Of a DNA stretch of 64,000 bases, positions 1 through 10,814 are shown piece after piece. Origin of the DNA: Escherichia phage UoN_LDJ77_1; sequence record OK570375. The stretch is one strand, 5' to 3'. Position 1 is the stretch's first letter; each line of letters begins with the position of its first letter. Under the pieces are notes generated by a model. It worked only from the letters and a program-made list of their open reading frames with translations, did not search any database and had not been told where the DNA came from. The position numbers and the translations under genes were made by a program.

Positions 1-45
1 GAAGTGTAAAAAGAACAACGCCAGAAGTATCTTTAAATCGTAAAA

Positions 46-906
46 TCATATTGCCATTTTCCCTTTAATTGCTGGATGCGATTCATAATTTTCAAGGATA
101 AAATCTTTCGGTTTCATGTATTCAGTTAACCAGTAAAGCTGTGTTTCGGTGTCACAATTTCCAAACTCTATAGGCCAATCAATTTTAAGTTCACACAGTT
201 CTTTAGGCTCACGACGTAAAATTTCTTTACATTGTTCTACGTGATTCATATAGATATGAGTATTACCACCAGAAAATATCAAATCTCCTGGGATAAGATT
301 ACACATCTTAGCTACAATATGAACTAGTGCAGCATATGATGCAATATTAAATGGAAGACCGAGGAAAACATCTACTGATCGTTGATACCACTGAAGGTCA
401 AGGTATCCATTACGAACATTAAATTGATAAAACATATGACAAGGCGGTAATGCCATCTGCTTGAGTTCAGCTGGATTCCATGCTGAAACAATTTGACGCC
501 TATCATTTGGCAGTTTTTTAATACGATCAATAACTTCTATAATTTGGTCTACACCACCAAAATCACGCCACTGTTTTCCATAAATTGGACCAAGTTCACC
601 ACTATGGTATCCTAAATCTTTTGCTTGATTTTCGTAATTTTCATCCCAGACTGTTTTGCCTTGGATTAACGAATCATGCTGAATTAATCGTAAATCATTG
701 ACATTTGTGCTTCCTGATAAGAACCACAATAACTCAGAAATGCAAGCTTTCCAGGCGAGCTTTTTAGTTGTTACTGCAGGAAAACCTTTGGTTAAATCCC
801 AACGCAATTTAGTACCGAACAAAGCAATTGTTCCTGTGCCTGTTCGGTCATCAGTTTCATAACCATTTTCAAAAATGTCTTTAATTAAATCTTGGTATTG
901 TTTCAT
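46..906 (-). CDS. td: thymidylate synthase, uninterrupted (no intron)
   Basis: 286-aa ORF; ThyA-type active-site context ALPPCHMFYQF; lies next to frd as in T4; ORF is continuous. Confidence 0.93.
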   Translation of the reverse strand: MKQYQDLIKDIFENGYETDDRTGTGTIALFGTKLRWDLTKGFPAVTTKKLAWKACISELLWFLSGSTNVNDLRLIQHDSLIQGKTVWDENYENQAKDLGYHSGELGPIYGKQWRDFGGVDQIIEVIDRIKKLPNDRRQIVSAWNPAELKQMALPPCHMFYQFNVRNGYLDLQWYQRSVDVFLGLPFNIASYAALVHIVAKMCNLIPGDLIFSGGNTHIYMNHVEQCKEILRREPKELCELKIDWPIEFGNCDTETQLYWLTEYMKPKDFILENYESHPAIKGKMAI

Positions 907-950
907 TTAGTACCTTATATAAATTATAATACATTTTATGAAGCTAATAA

Positions 951-1298
951 TTAATATGGTTTAGCAACAAATTTTCTCTCAATTTCAGGTGTGAAATATA
1001 ATTCTTTACCGCGTTTAGAAAAGCGACCAATAATATGATAATTATTCTCATCAAACGTGATATTACCAATATCCATAGCTTTCAACCAAATATCGATATT
1101 TCTATCCAGCTTTATGTCAAAATTCCAATACGGAGAACTATTACCGAAAATACTGCAAGCGGATTCAGTGAAACAACTGCTATAAATCTTGTCTTTAGGA
1201 ACTACTAATTGATAGACGCCTTTAATAAACTGAGGACCCTGCCATTTAGGTTGTTTCACGTCTTTTTCTAATAGAATAGGGTAATAATTAAAATTCAT
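951..1298 (-). CDS. hypothetical protein, 115 aa, between frd and td
   Basis: ORF with ATG 19 nt after the frd stop and GGCGGAA SD-like sequence; no motif recognised. Confidence 0.5.
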   Translation of the reverse strand: MNFNYYPILLEKDVKQPKWQGPQFIKGVYQLVVPKDKIYSSCFTESACSIFGNSSPYWNFDIKLDRNIDIWLKAMDIGNITFDENNYHIIGRFSKRGKELYFTPEIERKFVAKPY

Positions 1299-1317
1299 AT
1301 TTCCGCCACGCGTTATT

Positions 1318-2144
<827 letters not shown>

Positions 2145-2155
2145 ATTATCTCCTA

Positions 2156-2488
2156 TTAAAAAGGATCAGGAACATATCCGCTAGCTTTAATCATTTTAAT
2201 TAACGTTAACATTCCTTTGTTAACTGCTCGTGAGATTTCATCAAAAACTTCATCACTAAAAAGTTCTAACACGCCCTTCTGAACTTTTAATTTACAGCCA
2301 ACAATTTCGTCATCGCCTATAGTAAATTCGTTTCCGCCAATTCCACCGAAAAACTTAATTACACCAGTTAACTGTCTTCCACGAGAATATGGGTCGTGTG
2401 ATAAAGTAATATGAGTCACCCCGGGTACAGTTTTAAATTGGCAGCGAATATTTACTTGTGAAATTCCAGTTACATGAATGTCAGACAT
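2156..2488 (-). CDS. hypothetical protein, 110 aa
   Basis: ORF with ATG start in the frd-32 early cluster. Confidence 0.6.
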   Translation of the reverse strand: MSDIHVTGISQVNIRCQFKTVPGVTHITLSHDPYSRGRQLTGVIKFFGGIGGNEFTIGDDEIVGCKLKVQKGVLELFSDEVFDEISRAVNKGMLTLIKMIKASGYVPDPF

Positions 2489-2498
2489 AATATTTTCC

Positions 2499-2741
2499 TC
2501 AAATAGACTTTTTCACAATTTTCCAATCAGCTTTAAACTGATCGACGTCAGAGTGATAAATCCAAAATCCTGCGCTTTCACCGTCTTCATAAAGCGGACA
2601 CCCATCACATTCATCTTCCCATCCCATGCCACGTAAAAGGTGTTCAGCTTTTTCAACAAGTTCAGAATCTTTACCGATGATATTAAAATACCATTTACCT
2701 CTAACTTCTGAATCTTTGATGCTCTGGCGTTGTAATCTCAT
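2499..2741 (-). CDS. hypothetical protein, 80 aa
   Basis: ORF with ATG start in the frd-32 early cluster. Confidence 0.6.
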   Translation of the reverse strand: MRLQRQSIKDSEVRGKWYFNIIGKDSELVEKAEHLLRGMGWEDECDGCPLYEDGESAGFWIYHSDVDQFKADWKIVKKSI

Positions 2742-2751
2742 TTTATTCTCC

Positions 2752-2820
2752 TTAGCAAGCTTTAATCAAAAGATATAAACAGACCAACATAACTGCTGCC
2801 ATAATATAAGGTGCGAACAT
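2752..2820 (-). CDS. micro-ORF, 22-aa hydrophobic peptide (MFAPYIMAAVMLVCLYLLIKAC)
   Basis: Below ORF-track cutoff; GGAGAAAAG SD before ATG and an early promoter directly upstream (2851-2880). Confidence 0.4.
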   Translation of the reverse strand: MFAPYIMAAVMLVCLYLLIKAC

Positions 2821-2850
2821 TTTCTTTTCTCCATTAGTTTTGATAGGGTA

Positions 2851-2880
2851 ATAGTATCACACTACTACCCTTCTGTAAAC
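2851..2880 (-). promoter_or_regulatory. early promoter (GTTTAC, 18 nt, TACTAT)
   Basis: Member of the repeated early-promoter family; conserved CCCTATCAA leader follows. Confidence 0.55.
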
Positions 2881-3242
2881 TACTTTTTGAAAGTTTTTCG
2901 CAAAAGTTCAATGATTTCATCTACATTGTTTTCGTCTACAATGCAGTGAATTTTTGTTACGCCAGAAACCTTGTCTTCTATTTCATCTTCAGAAGTCGGT
3001 TCTTTATACTCACGAAAACAATGAAATTCATCTTCGCAGACGTTGAAGTAAAAATGCTTTCCATTGGCGCATTCTACGTGTTTTACTACTTTAAATCCAT
3101 CAGCAAAGAAAACTTCTTTAACTTCAAACCATCCGCCATTTTCTTGAATAGCTTTAACTATTAATGAATTAGAACGCGGGCGATAATTAATAAATGTATC
3201 AATAAGTCTTGGAACAAGTTCGTACTTTTTATCAATATACAT
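2880..3242 (-). CDS. hypothetical protein, 120 aa
   Basis: ORF with ATG start. Confidence 0.6.
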   Translation of the reverse strand: MYIDKKYELVPRLIDTFINYRPRSNSLIVKAIQENGGWFEVKEVFFADGFKVVKHVECANGKHFYFNVCEDEFHCFREYKEPTSEDEIEDKVSGVTKIHCIVDENNVDEIIELLRKTFKK

Positions 3243-3286
3243 TATGTTTTCCTCATTTTAATAGAGGCTTGATAGCCCCTCGATAA

Positions 3287-3517
3287 TTACTGTTCAATCA
3301 ATCCCATGTAAAATTCTGCATCTTCAGCATCCATACCATCACAGTATTCATTAGCCATAAATCGTTCAAGAACTTCTAAAGGACCTTCAATAACAATAGA
3401 AAAATTGCAATAATTGGGATCATCATGAATACTTGTGATACTAAGTTCAGGATAACGATTACGAATAATTTCTTCAATATATTCAAAATCAACGATGTCA
3501 ATATCAACTTTAGCCAT
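3287..3517 (-). CDS. hypothetical acidic protein, 76 aa
   Basis: Start moved to the ATG preceded by AAAGAGGAAAA SD; early promoter at 3561-3590. Confidence 0.6.
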   Translation of the reverse strand: MAKVDIDIVDFEYIEEIIRNRYPELSITSIHDDPNYCNFSIVIEGPLEVLERFMANEYCDGMDAEDAEFYMGLIEQ

Positions 3518-3560
3518 ATTGTTTTCCTCTTTAATCATCAGCAGTATTGCCGATAGTTGT

Positions 3561-3590
3561 ATAGTACCATAAAGCTTTATGCTTGTAAAC
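3561..3590 (-). promoter_or_regulatory. early promoter (GTTTAC, 18 nt, TACTAT)
   Basis: Same family; upstream of the 76-aa ORF. Confidence 0.55.
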
Positions 3591-3610
3591 CGTTTTGTGA
3601 AAAAATTTTT

Positions 3611-3640
3611 GAAATAAAAAAGGGGACCTCTAGGGTCCCC
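3611..3640 (-). terminator. intrinsic terminator after gene 32
   Basis: GGGGACC/GGTCCCC stem with 4-nt loop, then U-run on minus strand. Confidence 0.75.
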
Positions 3641-3662
3641 AATTAATTAGTAATATAATCTA

Positions 3663-4571
3663 TTAAAGGTCATTCAAAAGGTCATCCAGGTCCGTGTCAT
3701 CAGCACTAGATGAACTGCCAGAGCTTGAGCTCATAAAATCATCTTCAGTTTTTGTATTGAAGTCATCAACATTGAATGCATCCAAATCATCAGCAACTTT
3801 ATCAGCTTTCTTAGCAGCAGTTGCTGCGGCACCACCCATAGCAGCAGTTCCCATAACTTGACTGAACTTAGTGCTCAGTTCTTCAAACGATTTGAATTTA
3901 TCTTTAGAAGTCATTTCAGAAAGGTCAACCATTTGTTCGAACAGTTCTTTCTGGAAAGATTCATCATCAATGTTTGGAATCGCAGATTGATTCAGGAATT
4001 TAGATTCGTCGTAGTTACTAAAACCAGAAACTTGTTTAACTTTCAGTACAAAGTTAGCACCTTCCCACGGACAAGTTACATCAACTGGAGTTTCACCCAT
4101 TTCAACATCAACTGCAATCATTGCATTGATTTTATCCCAGATTTTCTTACCGAAACGATATTTAAATACTTTACCTTCGTTTTCTGGGGCAGCTGGGTCT
4201 TTTACAACAAGAATGTTAGCCCAGTAAGAAGTTTTGCGTTTAACAAGACTGTACTCTTTATTGTCAGTGTTGTACAAATCATTTTTACTGATGTACTGAC
4301 ATACTGGACAAGAATCGTAATCACCGTGGGTAGATGAACAATTTTCGATATACCATTTACCGTTTTTCTTGAAACCGTGATTTACAAGAATTGCGAACGG
4401 TGCTTGTTCATCATTTTTAGACGGAAGAAAACGAATTACTGCTTGACCGTTACCCGCATTGTCGAGTTTCAGTTTCCACTCGCCTTTATCTTCAGAAGAA
4501 AAACCACCTTTATTTCCAGCCAGTTTAGCCATTTGTGCAGCGAGTTCAGCAGTAGATTTACGTTTAAACAT
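3663..4571 (-). CDS. 32: single-stranded DNA-binding protein gp32
   Basis: 302-aa ORF; zinc-binding Cys/His cluster and acidic Ser/Asp-rich C-terminus typical of gp32; own terminator and leader operator. Confidence 0.93.
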   Translation of the reverse strand: MFKRKSTAELAAQMAKLAGNKGGFSSEDKGEWKLKLDNAGNGQAVIRFLPSKNDEQAPFAILVNHGFKKNGKWYIENCSSTHGDYDSCPVCQYISKNDLYNTDNKEYSLVKRKTSYWANILVVKDPAAPENEGKVFKYRFGKKIWDKINAMIAVDVEMGETPVDVTCPWEGANFVLKVKQVSGFSNYDESKFLNQSAIPNIDDESFQKELFEQMVDLSEMTSKDKFKSFEELSTKFSQVMGTAAMGGAAATAAKKADKVADDLDAFNVDDFNTKTEDDFMSSSSGSSSSADDTDLDDLLNDL

Positions 4572-4640
4572 TTTTATTTCCTTTTTAATTTAATTAACAG
4601 TTGGTGCTATGACGATGTATGACCTCATAGCTGGTCAGTG
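4572..4640 (-). promoter_or_regulatory. gene 32 mRNA leader: autoregulatory operator with pseudoknot
   Basis: Leader reads ...CUGACCAGCUAUGAGGUCAUACAUCGUCAUAGCACC... (two interlocking stems) then an A/U-rich tract to the ATG, as I recall for T4 gene 32. Confidence 0.6.
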
Positions 4641-4645
4641 AGATA

Positions 4646-4670
4646 ATTATAATCTATTTATAATAAGCAA
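4646..4670 (-). promoter_or_regulatory. candidate MotA-dependent middle promoter for gene 32
   Basis: TGCTTAT MotA-box-like element 12 nt upstream of TATAAT on minus strand. Confidence 0.45.
4655..4662 (-). promoter_or_regulatory. late promoter (TATAAATA) for gene 32
   Basis: Exact TATAAATA on minus strand upstream of the gene 32 leader. Confidence 0.6.
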
Positions 4671-5324
4671 TTAATACTTGCAAGATTTCACAGTTTCAAT
4701 AAAAACATTTTTAGCTTTCTGTGAATCAATATTTAAAATTTTTCTATAAGCCTTTAACTTTATAGAATAATTATTCCAGACTAAATTATCAGTCTGTTCA
4801 TCATGTTTATCAATTATATTTAAAAACGAATCAAGCAAGATAAACGTTTCAAACGAAATTATATTCGACTGAAGCAGTTTAAAAATATAACTTGATTGAA
4901 CCTTTGGATTATATTCAAAGATTTCTTTAAAAGCAGAAACTTCAACTTTTTTACTAAAATAATAAATGTTGCGAATATCTTCTTCAAACTTAAATTTAAT
5001 TTGCTTTAAGCGTCCGATATATTCACGATAAAACACAAGTGCATCAGCGTCAGAGATGTCACCAATCCAAGCATCTTGGTTAGCAACAAGATTGCTTATA
5101 AAGATTAAAGCAAGTTCCTTTAATTTATATTTTTCTGATAACTTCTGGAAAAAATACTTATCCCTTCGCTTTTGATAAGCGGCATCAGACACCCGCATGC
5201 ACCAATTATACTTAATTACATCATACTTTCCATTCATATGTTGTTTTATCATTAAGTATAATTTATAAACTGATTTACCATCAATGTATCTTTCACCACC
5301 AGCAGGCATGCGGAGTTTAATCAT
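4671..5324 (-). CDS. 59: helicase loader gp59
   Basis: 217 aa; position between 33 and 32 as in T4. Confidence 0.88.
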   Translation of the reverse strand: MIKLRMPAGGERYIDGKSVYKLYLMIKQHMNGKYDVIKYNWCMRVSDAAYQKRRDKYFFQKLSEKYKLKELALIFISNLVANQDAWIGDISDADALVFYREYIGRLKQIKFKFEEDIRNIYYFSKKVEVSAFKEIFEYNPKVQSSYIFKLLQSNIISFETFILLDSFLNIIDKHDEQTDNLVWNNYSIKLKAYRKILNIDSQKAKNVFIETVKSCKY

Positions 5325-5659
5325 AGTAGAAAATCTAATGTATTAGTTTTTTCACAACGAACAACAGAAGGACGTAAAAGATTTTCGTCGATAGCTTCTG
5401 ACTGAATTTTTTCAATTATACCCGAAGGAATAAATTTAGCAAATTGAGTTTCAGGAATAGAGTTTTCTTCCAAGAATGCTGTCGTAGCTTCAAGATAACT
5501 CATTCCAAACTCTTCTACCATTTTTTCAATAATAAATCCATTTTCTTGACGATCAAGAAGCTTTGCTATTTCATCCTTTTCTTTCTTGATTGAAAGTTCT
5601 TTTTCTGAAAGATCGGTCTCATCGACCGGACGAATATCATTTAGAGAAAACTGTGTCAT
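5321..5659 (-). CDS. 33: late transcription co-activator gp33
   Basis: 112 aa from first ATG (ORF-track start is TTG); overlaps dsbA stop and gene 59 start. Confidence 0.8.
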   Translation of the reverse strand: MTQFSLNDIRPVDETDLSEKELSIKKEKDEIAKLLDRQENGFIIEKMVEEFGMSYLEATTAFLEENSIPETQFAKFIPSGIIEKIQSEAIDENLLRPSVVRCEKTNTLDFLL

Positions 5660-5906
5660 AAAGTTCAACTACCTCTTCAGTTTCAGCTTCAAACACATCA
5701 CGATTATCTTTATGATACAAAGCTAATAGACGATTAAACATCTTACCATCAACGCCAAGTTCATCTTTGGCACGAATTCGAATATCTTTAATCAATTCAT
5801 TATAACCAGAAATTTTCAGTTTATGATCAGATGCTTCTTTAATAAATTTAGCCAAGTCTTCGCCATGGATAGCTTCATCAAATTCAACCATTTCTTTTTT
5901 AGCCAT
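5637..5906 (-). CDS. dsbA: dsDNA-binding protein DsbA
   Basis: 89 aa; position between rnh and 33. Confidence 0.8.
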   Translation of the reverse strand: MAKKEMVEFDEAIHGEDLAKFIKEASDHKLKISGYNELIKDIRIRAKDELGVDGKMFNRLLALYHKDNRDVFEAETEEVVELYDTVFSK

Positions 5907-5914
5907 TATTCACC

Positions 5915-6832
5915 TCAAAATTCATTAATGCTATTAGTTAATTTAGAAAGACCCGCTTTTACAAAATATGAATAAATTTTGCCACGCGGTGGTAATTTAT
6001 ATGAATTATAGTAATTCACAATGTTTGAAGCAATATTATCAGGAATATAATCAAAATCAATTAGAACTAAATTTTCTTTATATCGATTATATTCAGATTC
6101 AGTGAGAAGCACCTTAGCTTGCTCACGGTCATTAGCAATAGCTTCAACGATTGAAGTTTTCATTGAAGGAGTTCGTTCACCTTCAACTCTGGTAAACCAG
6201 AAGTCAGATCGTACTTTAACTGAAGCAACGTTATCCTTTTTGTCACCTTTAAGGATTTTAGTCATACAGTCAATTTCAGCAGAACCGCTTTTAATTTTAA
6301 CCCATTTCTTATGCATCGGTGACCATTGCTTAACATTTGGATATTTATGAAGCTGTGTAAAGTCACCATCCGATGAAATGATTAAAATCTTATGTCCTTC
6401 TAAAGAGAACTTTTTAACAAGAACAGCAATATGGTCATCTGCTTCATACTTATCAATATCCATAACAATGTATGGCATATAAGCTTTCAATTCATCTATA
6501 ACTTTATGGCTGGATTCAAAATAACCTTCCCAGTCCCAAGTCGATTCTTCTCGTGCCTTTCCACGGTTTTTCTTGTAATAATACGCGAAATCACGACGCC
6601 AATATCCAGATTTCGCGTTATCAATACACAGTACAATTTTAGTGTATCCAAGAGCTTTTGCTTTTTTGACATTAAACTTAATTGAGTTCAATATCAAATG
6701 ACGAACCATTGATAAATTAATTTTTTCTTTATCTGGGAAGTTTACCAAAGCAGTTGAAAGCGCAATTTGACTAAAGTCAATTAAGCAAATTCCTTCTTTG
6801 TAATCTTCATCCAGCATCATTTCTAAATCCAT
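5915..6832 (-). CDS. rnh: RNase H (5'-3' exonuclease, FEN-1 family)
   Basis: 305 aa from first ATG (MDLEMMLDED...); position before gene 34. Confidence 0.88.
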   Translation of the reverse strand: MDLEMMLDEDYKEGICLIDFSQIALSTALVNFPDKEKINLSMVRHLILNSIKFNVKKAKALGYTKIVLCIDNAKSGYWRRDFAYYYKKNRGKAREESTWDWEGYFESSHKVIDELKAYMPYIVMDIDKYEADDHIAVLVKKFSLEGHKILIISSDGDFTQLHKYPNVKQWSPMHKKWVKIKSGSAEIDCMTKILKGDKKDNVASVKVRSDFWFTRVEGERTPSMKTSIVEAIANDREQAKVLLTESEYNRYKENLVLIDFDYIPDNIASNIVNYYNSYKLPPRGKIYSYFVKAGLSKLTNSINEF

Positions 6833-6894
6833 ATGAACCTCGTTCAATTAGTGAGATTTCTATTATATACTATCCAAATCTTAAAGTAAACAAG

Positions 6895-6902
6895 TATAAA
6901 TA
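6895..6902 (+). promoter_or_regulatory. late promoter (TATAAATA) for gene 34
   Basis: Exact TATAAATA about 35 nt before the gene 34 ATG. Confidence 0.7.
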
Positions 6903-6936
6903 CTTATTATTGAAAACACAATAGGAGCCCGGGAGA

Positions 6937-9900
6937 ATGGCCGAGATTAAAAGAAAGTTCAGAGCAGAAGACGGTCTGGACGCAGGTGGCGATAAAATAA
7001 TCAACGTAGCTTTAGCTGATCGTACCGTAGGAACTGACGGTGTCAACGTTGATTACTTAATTCAAGAAAACACAGTTCAACAATACGATCCAACTCGTGG
7101 ATATTTAAAAGATTTTGTAATCATTTATGATAACCGCTTTTGGGCTGCTATAAATGATATTCCAAAACCAGCAGGAGCTTTTAATAGCGTACGCTGGAGA
7201 GCATTACGTACTGATGCTAATTGGACAACTGTTTCATCAGGACCTTATCAATTAAAGTCAGGCGAATCAATTTCAGTTAACACCGCAGCTGGAAATGACA
7301 TCACGTTTACTTTACCATCTACTCCAATTGATGGTGATACTATCGTTCTCCAAGATATTGGAGGAAAACCTGGAGTTAACCAAGTTTTAATTGTAGCTCC
7401 AGTGCAAAGTATTGTAAACTTCAGAGGCGAGCAAGTACGATCAGTACTAATGACTCATCCAAAATCGCAGATAGTTTTAATTTTTAGTAATCGTCTGTGG
7501 CAAATGTACGTTGCTGATTATAGCAGAGAAGCTGCAATTGTAACACCGGCAAGTCTTTATCAGGCGCAATCTAACGATTTTATCGTGCGTAGATTTACTT
7601 CCGCTGCGCCGATTAATATTAAACTTCCGAGATTTGCTAATCACGGCGATATTATTAATTTCGTCGATTTGGACAAATTAAATCCACTTTATCATACAAT
7701 TGTTACTACATACGATGAAACAACTTCAGTGCAAGAAGTTGGAACTCATTCCATTGAAGGCCGTACGTCGATTGATGGTTTCTTAATGTATGATGATAAT
7801 GAAAAATTGTGGAGATTGTTTGACGGGGATAGTAAAGCACGTTTACGTATTATAACAACTAATTCTAGTATTCGTCCAAATGAAGAAGTTATGGTATTTG
7901 GAGCGAATAACGGAACAACCCAAACAATTGAACTTCAGCTTCCAACCGATATTTCCATTGGTGATACTGTTAAAATTTCCATGAATTATATGAGAAAAGG
8001 ACAAACAGTTAAAATCAAAGCTGCCGGTGAAGATAAAATTGCTTCTTCAGTTCAATTGCTGCAATTCCCAAAACGTTCAGAATATCCACCTGAAGCTGAA
8101 TGGGTGACTGTTCAAGAATTAGTTTTTAACGGCGAAACTAATTATGTTCCAGTTTTACAGCTTGCTTATATAGAAGATTCTGATGGAAAATACTGGGTGG
8201 TACAACAAAACGTTCCAACAGTTGAAAGAGTTGATTCTTTAAATGATTCTACTAGAGCAAGATTAGGCGTAATTGCTTTAGCTACACAAGCTCAAGCAAA
8301 TGCTGATTTAGAAAATTCTCCGCAAAAAGAATTAGCAATTACACCAGAAACATTAGCTAACCGTACTGCTACAGAAACTCGTAGAGGTATCGCAAGAATA
8401 GCAACTACTGCCCAAGTGAACCAGGATACTACATTCTCTTTTGCTGATGATATTATCGTCACTCCTAAAAAGCTGAATGAAAGAACTGCCACAGAAACTC
8501 GTAGAGGTGTTGCTGAAATTGCGACGCAGCAAGAAACTAACGCAGGTACTGATGATACTGCAATCATCACTCCTAAAAAGCTTCAAGCTCGTCAAGGTTC
8601 TGAATCATTATCTGGTATTGTAACCTTTGTATCTACTGCAGGAGCTACTCCAGCTTTTAGTCGTGAATTAAATGGTACAAACGTTTATAATAAAAACACT
8701 AATAATTTAGTTGTTTCGCCTAAAGCTTTGGATCAGTATAAAGCTACTCCAACACAACAAGGTGCAGTAATTCTAGCAGTCGAAAGTGAAGTAATTGCTG
8801 GACAAAGCCAAGAAGGATGGGCAAATGCGGTTGTAACGCCAGAAACGTTACATAAAAAGACATCAACTGATGCAAGAATTGGTTTAATTGAAATTGCTAC
8901 GCAAAGTGAAGTTAATACAGGAACTGATTATACTCGTGCAGTCACTCCTAAAACTTTAAATGACCGTAAAGCAACTGAAAGTTTAAGTGGTATAGCTGAA
9001 ATTGCTACGCAAGTTGAATTCGACGCAGGCGTCGACGATACTCGTATCTCTACACCATTAAAAATTAAAACCAGATTTAATAGTACTGATCGTACTTCTG
9101 TTGTTGCTCTGTCTGGATTAGTTGAATCAGGAACTCTCTGGGACCATTATACCCTTAATATTCTTGAAGCAAATGAGACACAACGTGGTACACTTCGTGT
9201 GGCTACACAAGTTGAAGCTGCTGCAGGAACATTGGATAATGTTCTAATAACTCCTAAAAAGCTTTTAGGTACTAAATCTACTGAAGCACAGGAAGGTGTT
9301 ATTAAAGTTGCAACTCAGTCTGAAACTGTGGCTGGAACGTCAGCAAATACTGCTGTATCTCCAAAAAATTTAAAATGGATTGTGCAGAGTGAACCAACTT
9401 GGGCAGCAACTACTCTGATAAGAGGGTTTGTTAAAACTTCATCTGGTTCAATTACATTCGTTGGTAATGATACCGTTGGTTCAACGCAGTCATTAGAATT
9501 ATACGAGAAAAATAGTTATGCAGTATCGCCATACGAATTAAACCGTGTATTAGCAAATTATTTGCCGTTAAAAGCAAAAGCTGTAGATAGTAATTTACTG
9601 GATGGTCTAGATTCATCTCAGTTCATTCGTAGGGATATTGCACAAACGGTTAATGGTTCACTAACCTTAACACAACAAACGAATCTGAGTGCCCCTCTTG
9701 TATCATCTAGTACTGCTACGTTTGGTGGTTCAGTTTCGGCAAATAGTGTACTAACTATTTCTAATACTGGAACAGAAACTCATCTGATTTTTGAGAAAGG
9801 ACCTCAAACTGGAACTAACCAAGCGCAGACGGTGACTATTAGAGTGTGGGGTAATCAATTTAGTGGGGAATCAGACACAACACGTTCTACTGTATTTGAA

Positions 9901-10806
9901 GTTGGTGATGAAACGTCTAATCATTTTTATTCTCAGCGCAATAAAGCTGGAAATATAACATTTAATATCAACGGTACGGTAACACCTATAAATGTTAATG
10001 CTTCAGGAACATTGAATGCAAATGGTGTAGCAACATTTGGTAATTCAGTCACTGCAACTGGTGAAATTATTTCTCGAAGCGCAAATGCTTTCCGTGCTAT
10101 TAGCGGAAATTATGGTTTCATTGTTCGCAATGACGGGTCAGTAACGAATTTTATGCTTACTGCATCGGGTGATCAGACTGGCGGATTTAATGGATTGCGT
10201 CCTTTAGCTATCAATAATGCATCTGGTCAAGTAACGATTGGCGAAAGCTTAATCATTGCCAAAGGTGCTACTATAAATTCAGGCGGTTTGACTGTTAACT
10301 CGAGAATTCGTTCTCAGGGTACTAAAACATCTGATTTATATACCCGCGCACCAACAACTGATACTGTAGGATTCTGGTCAATTGATATTAACGATTCAGC
10401 CACTTATAATCAGTTCCCGGGTTATTTTAAAATGGTTGAAAAAACTAATGAAGTGACTGGACTTCCATACTTAGAACGTGGTGAAGAGGTTAAATCTCCT
10501 GGTACACTGACTCAGTTTGGTAACACACTTGATTCGCTTTACCAAGATTGGATTACTTATCCAACAACTCCAGAAGCGCGTACCACTCGCTGGACACGTA
10601 CATGGCAGAAAACCAAAAACTCTTGGTCAAGTTTTGTTCAGGTATTTGACGGAGGTAACCCTCCTCAACCGTCTGATATTGGTGCTTTACCATCTGATAA
10701 TGCTATAATGGGTAATCTTACTATTCGTGATTTCTTACGAATTGGTAATGTTCGCATTATTCCTGACCCAGTGAATAAAACGGTTAAATTTGAATGGGTT
10801 GAATAA
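6937..10806 (+). CDS. 34: long tail fibre proximal subunit gp34
   Basis: 1289 aa; internal repeats (..IATQ..TPKKL..); late promoter TATAAATA at 6895-6902 and AGGAG SD. Confidence 0.93.
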   Translation: MAEIKRKFRAEDGLDAGGDKIINVALADRTVGTDGVNVDYLIQENTVQQYDPTRGYLKDFVIIYDNRFWAAINDIPKPAGAFNSVRWRALRTDANWTTVSSGPYQLKSGESISVNTAAGNDITFTLPSTPIDGDTIVLQDIGGKPGVNQVLIVAPVQSIVNFRGEQVRSVLMTHPKSQIVLIFSNRLWQMYVADYSREAAIVTPASLYQAQSNDFIVRRFTSAAPINIKLPRFANHGDIINFVDLDKLNPLYHTIVTTYDETTSVQEVGTHSIEGRTSIDGFLMYDDNEKLWRLFDGDSKARLRIITTNSSIRPNEEVMVFGANNGTTQTIELQLPTDISIGDTVKISMNYMRKGQTVKIKAAGEDKIASSVQLLQFPKRSEYPPEAEWVTVQELVFNGETNYVPVLQLAYIEDSDGKYWVVQQNVPTVERVDSLNDSTRARLGVIALATQAQANADLENSPQKELAITPETLANRTATETRRGIARIATTAQVNQDTTFSFADDIIVTPKKLNERTATETRRGVAEIATQQETNAGTDDTAIITPKKLQARQGSESLSGIVTFVSTAGATPAFSRELNGTNVYNKNTNNLVVSPKALDQYKATPTQQGAVILAVESEVIAGQSQEGWANAVVTPETLHKKTSTDARIGLIEIATQSEVNTGTDYTRAVTPKTLNDRKATESLSGIAEIATQVEFDAGVDDTRISTPLKIKTRFNSTDRTSVVALSGLVESGTLWDHYTLNILEANETQRGTLRVATQVEAAAGTLDNVLITPKKLLGTKSTEAQEGVIKVATQSETVAGTSANTAVSPKNLKWIVQSEPTWAATTLIRGFVKTSSGSITFVGNDTVGSTQSLELYEKNSYAVSPYELNRVLANYLPLKAKAVDSNLLDGLDSSQFIRRDIAQTVNGSLTLTQQTNLSAPLVSSSTATFGGSVSANSVLTISNTGTETHLIFEKGPQTGTNQAQTVTIRVWGNQFSGESDTTRSTVFEVGDETSNHFYSQRNKAGNITFNINGTVTPINVNASGTLNANGVATFGNSVTATGEIISRSANAFRAISGNYGFIVRNDGSVTNFMLTASGDQTGGFNGLRPLAINNASGQVTIGESLIIAKGATINSGGLTVNSRIRSQGTKTSDLYTRAPTTDTVGFWSIDINDSATYNQFPGYFKMVEKTNEVTGLPYLERGEEVKSPGTLTQFGNTLDSLYQDWITYPTTPEARTTRWTRTWQKTKNSWSSFVQVFDGGNPPQPSDIGALPSDNAIMGNLTIRDFLRIGNVRIIPDPVNKTVKFEWVE

Positions 10807-10814
10807 GAGGTATT

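Noticed and set aside
46-906. Group I intron and intron-encoded endonuclease in td
   Set aside because: The td reading frame is continuous at 286 aa, so this phage has an intron-less td.
2946-3164. Plus-strand ORFs inside minus-strand genes (for example 2946-3164, 3858-4337, 4377-4622, 6102-6350, 6431-6685)
   Set aside because: They lie antisense within well-supported genes, are low-complexity and have no RBS or promoter; treated as shadow ORFs.
8292-8595. Minus-strand ORFs inside genes 34, 37 and 38 (for example 8292-8595, 13833-14027, 14655-15348, 15855-16180)
   Set aside because: Antisense to the long tail-fibre genes with no expression signals.
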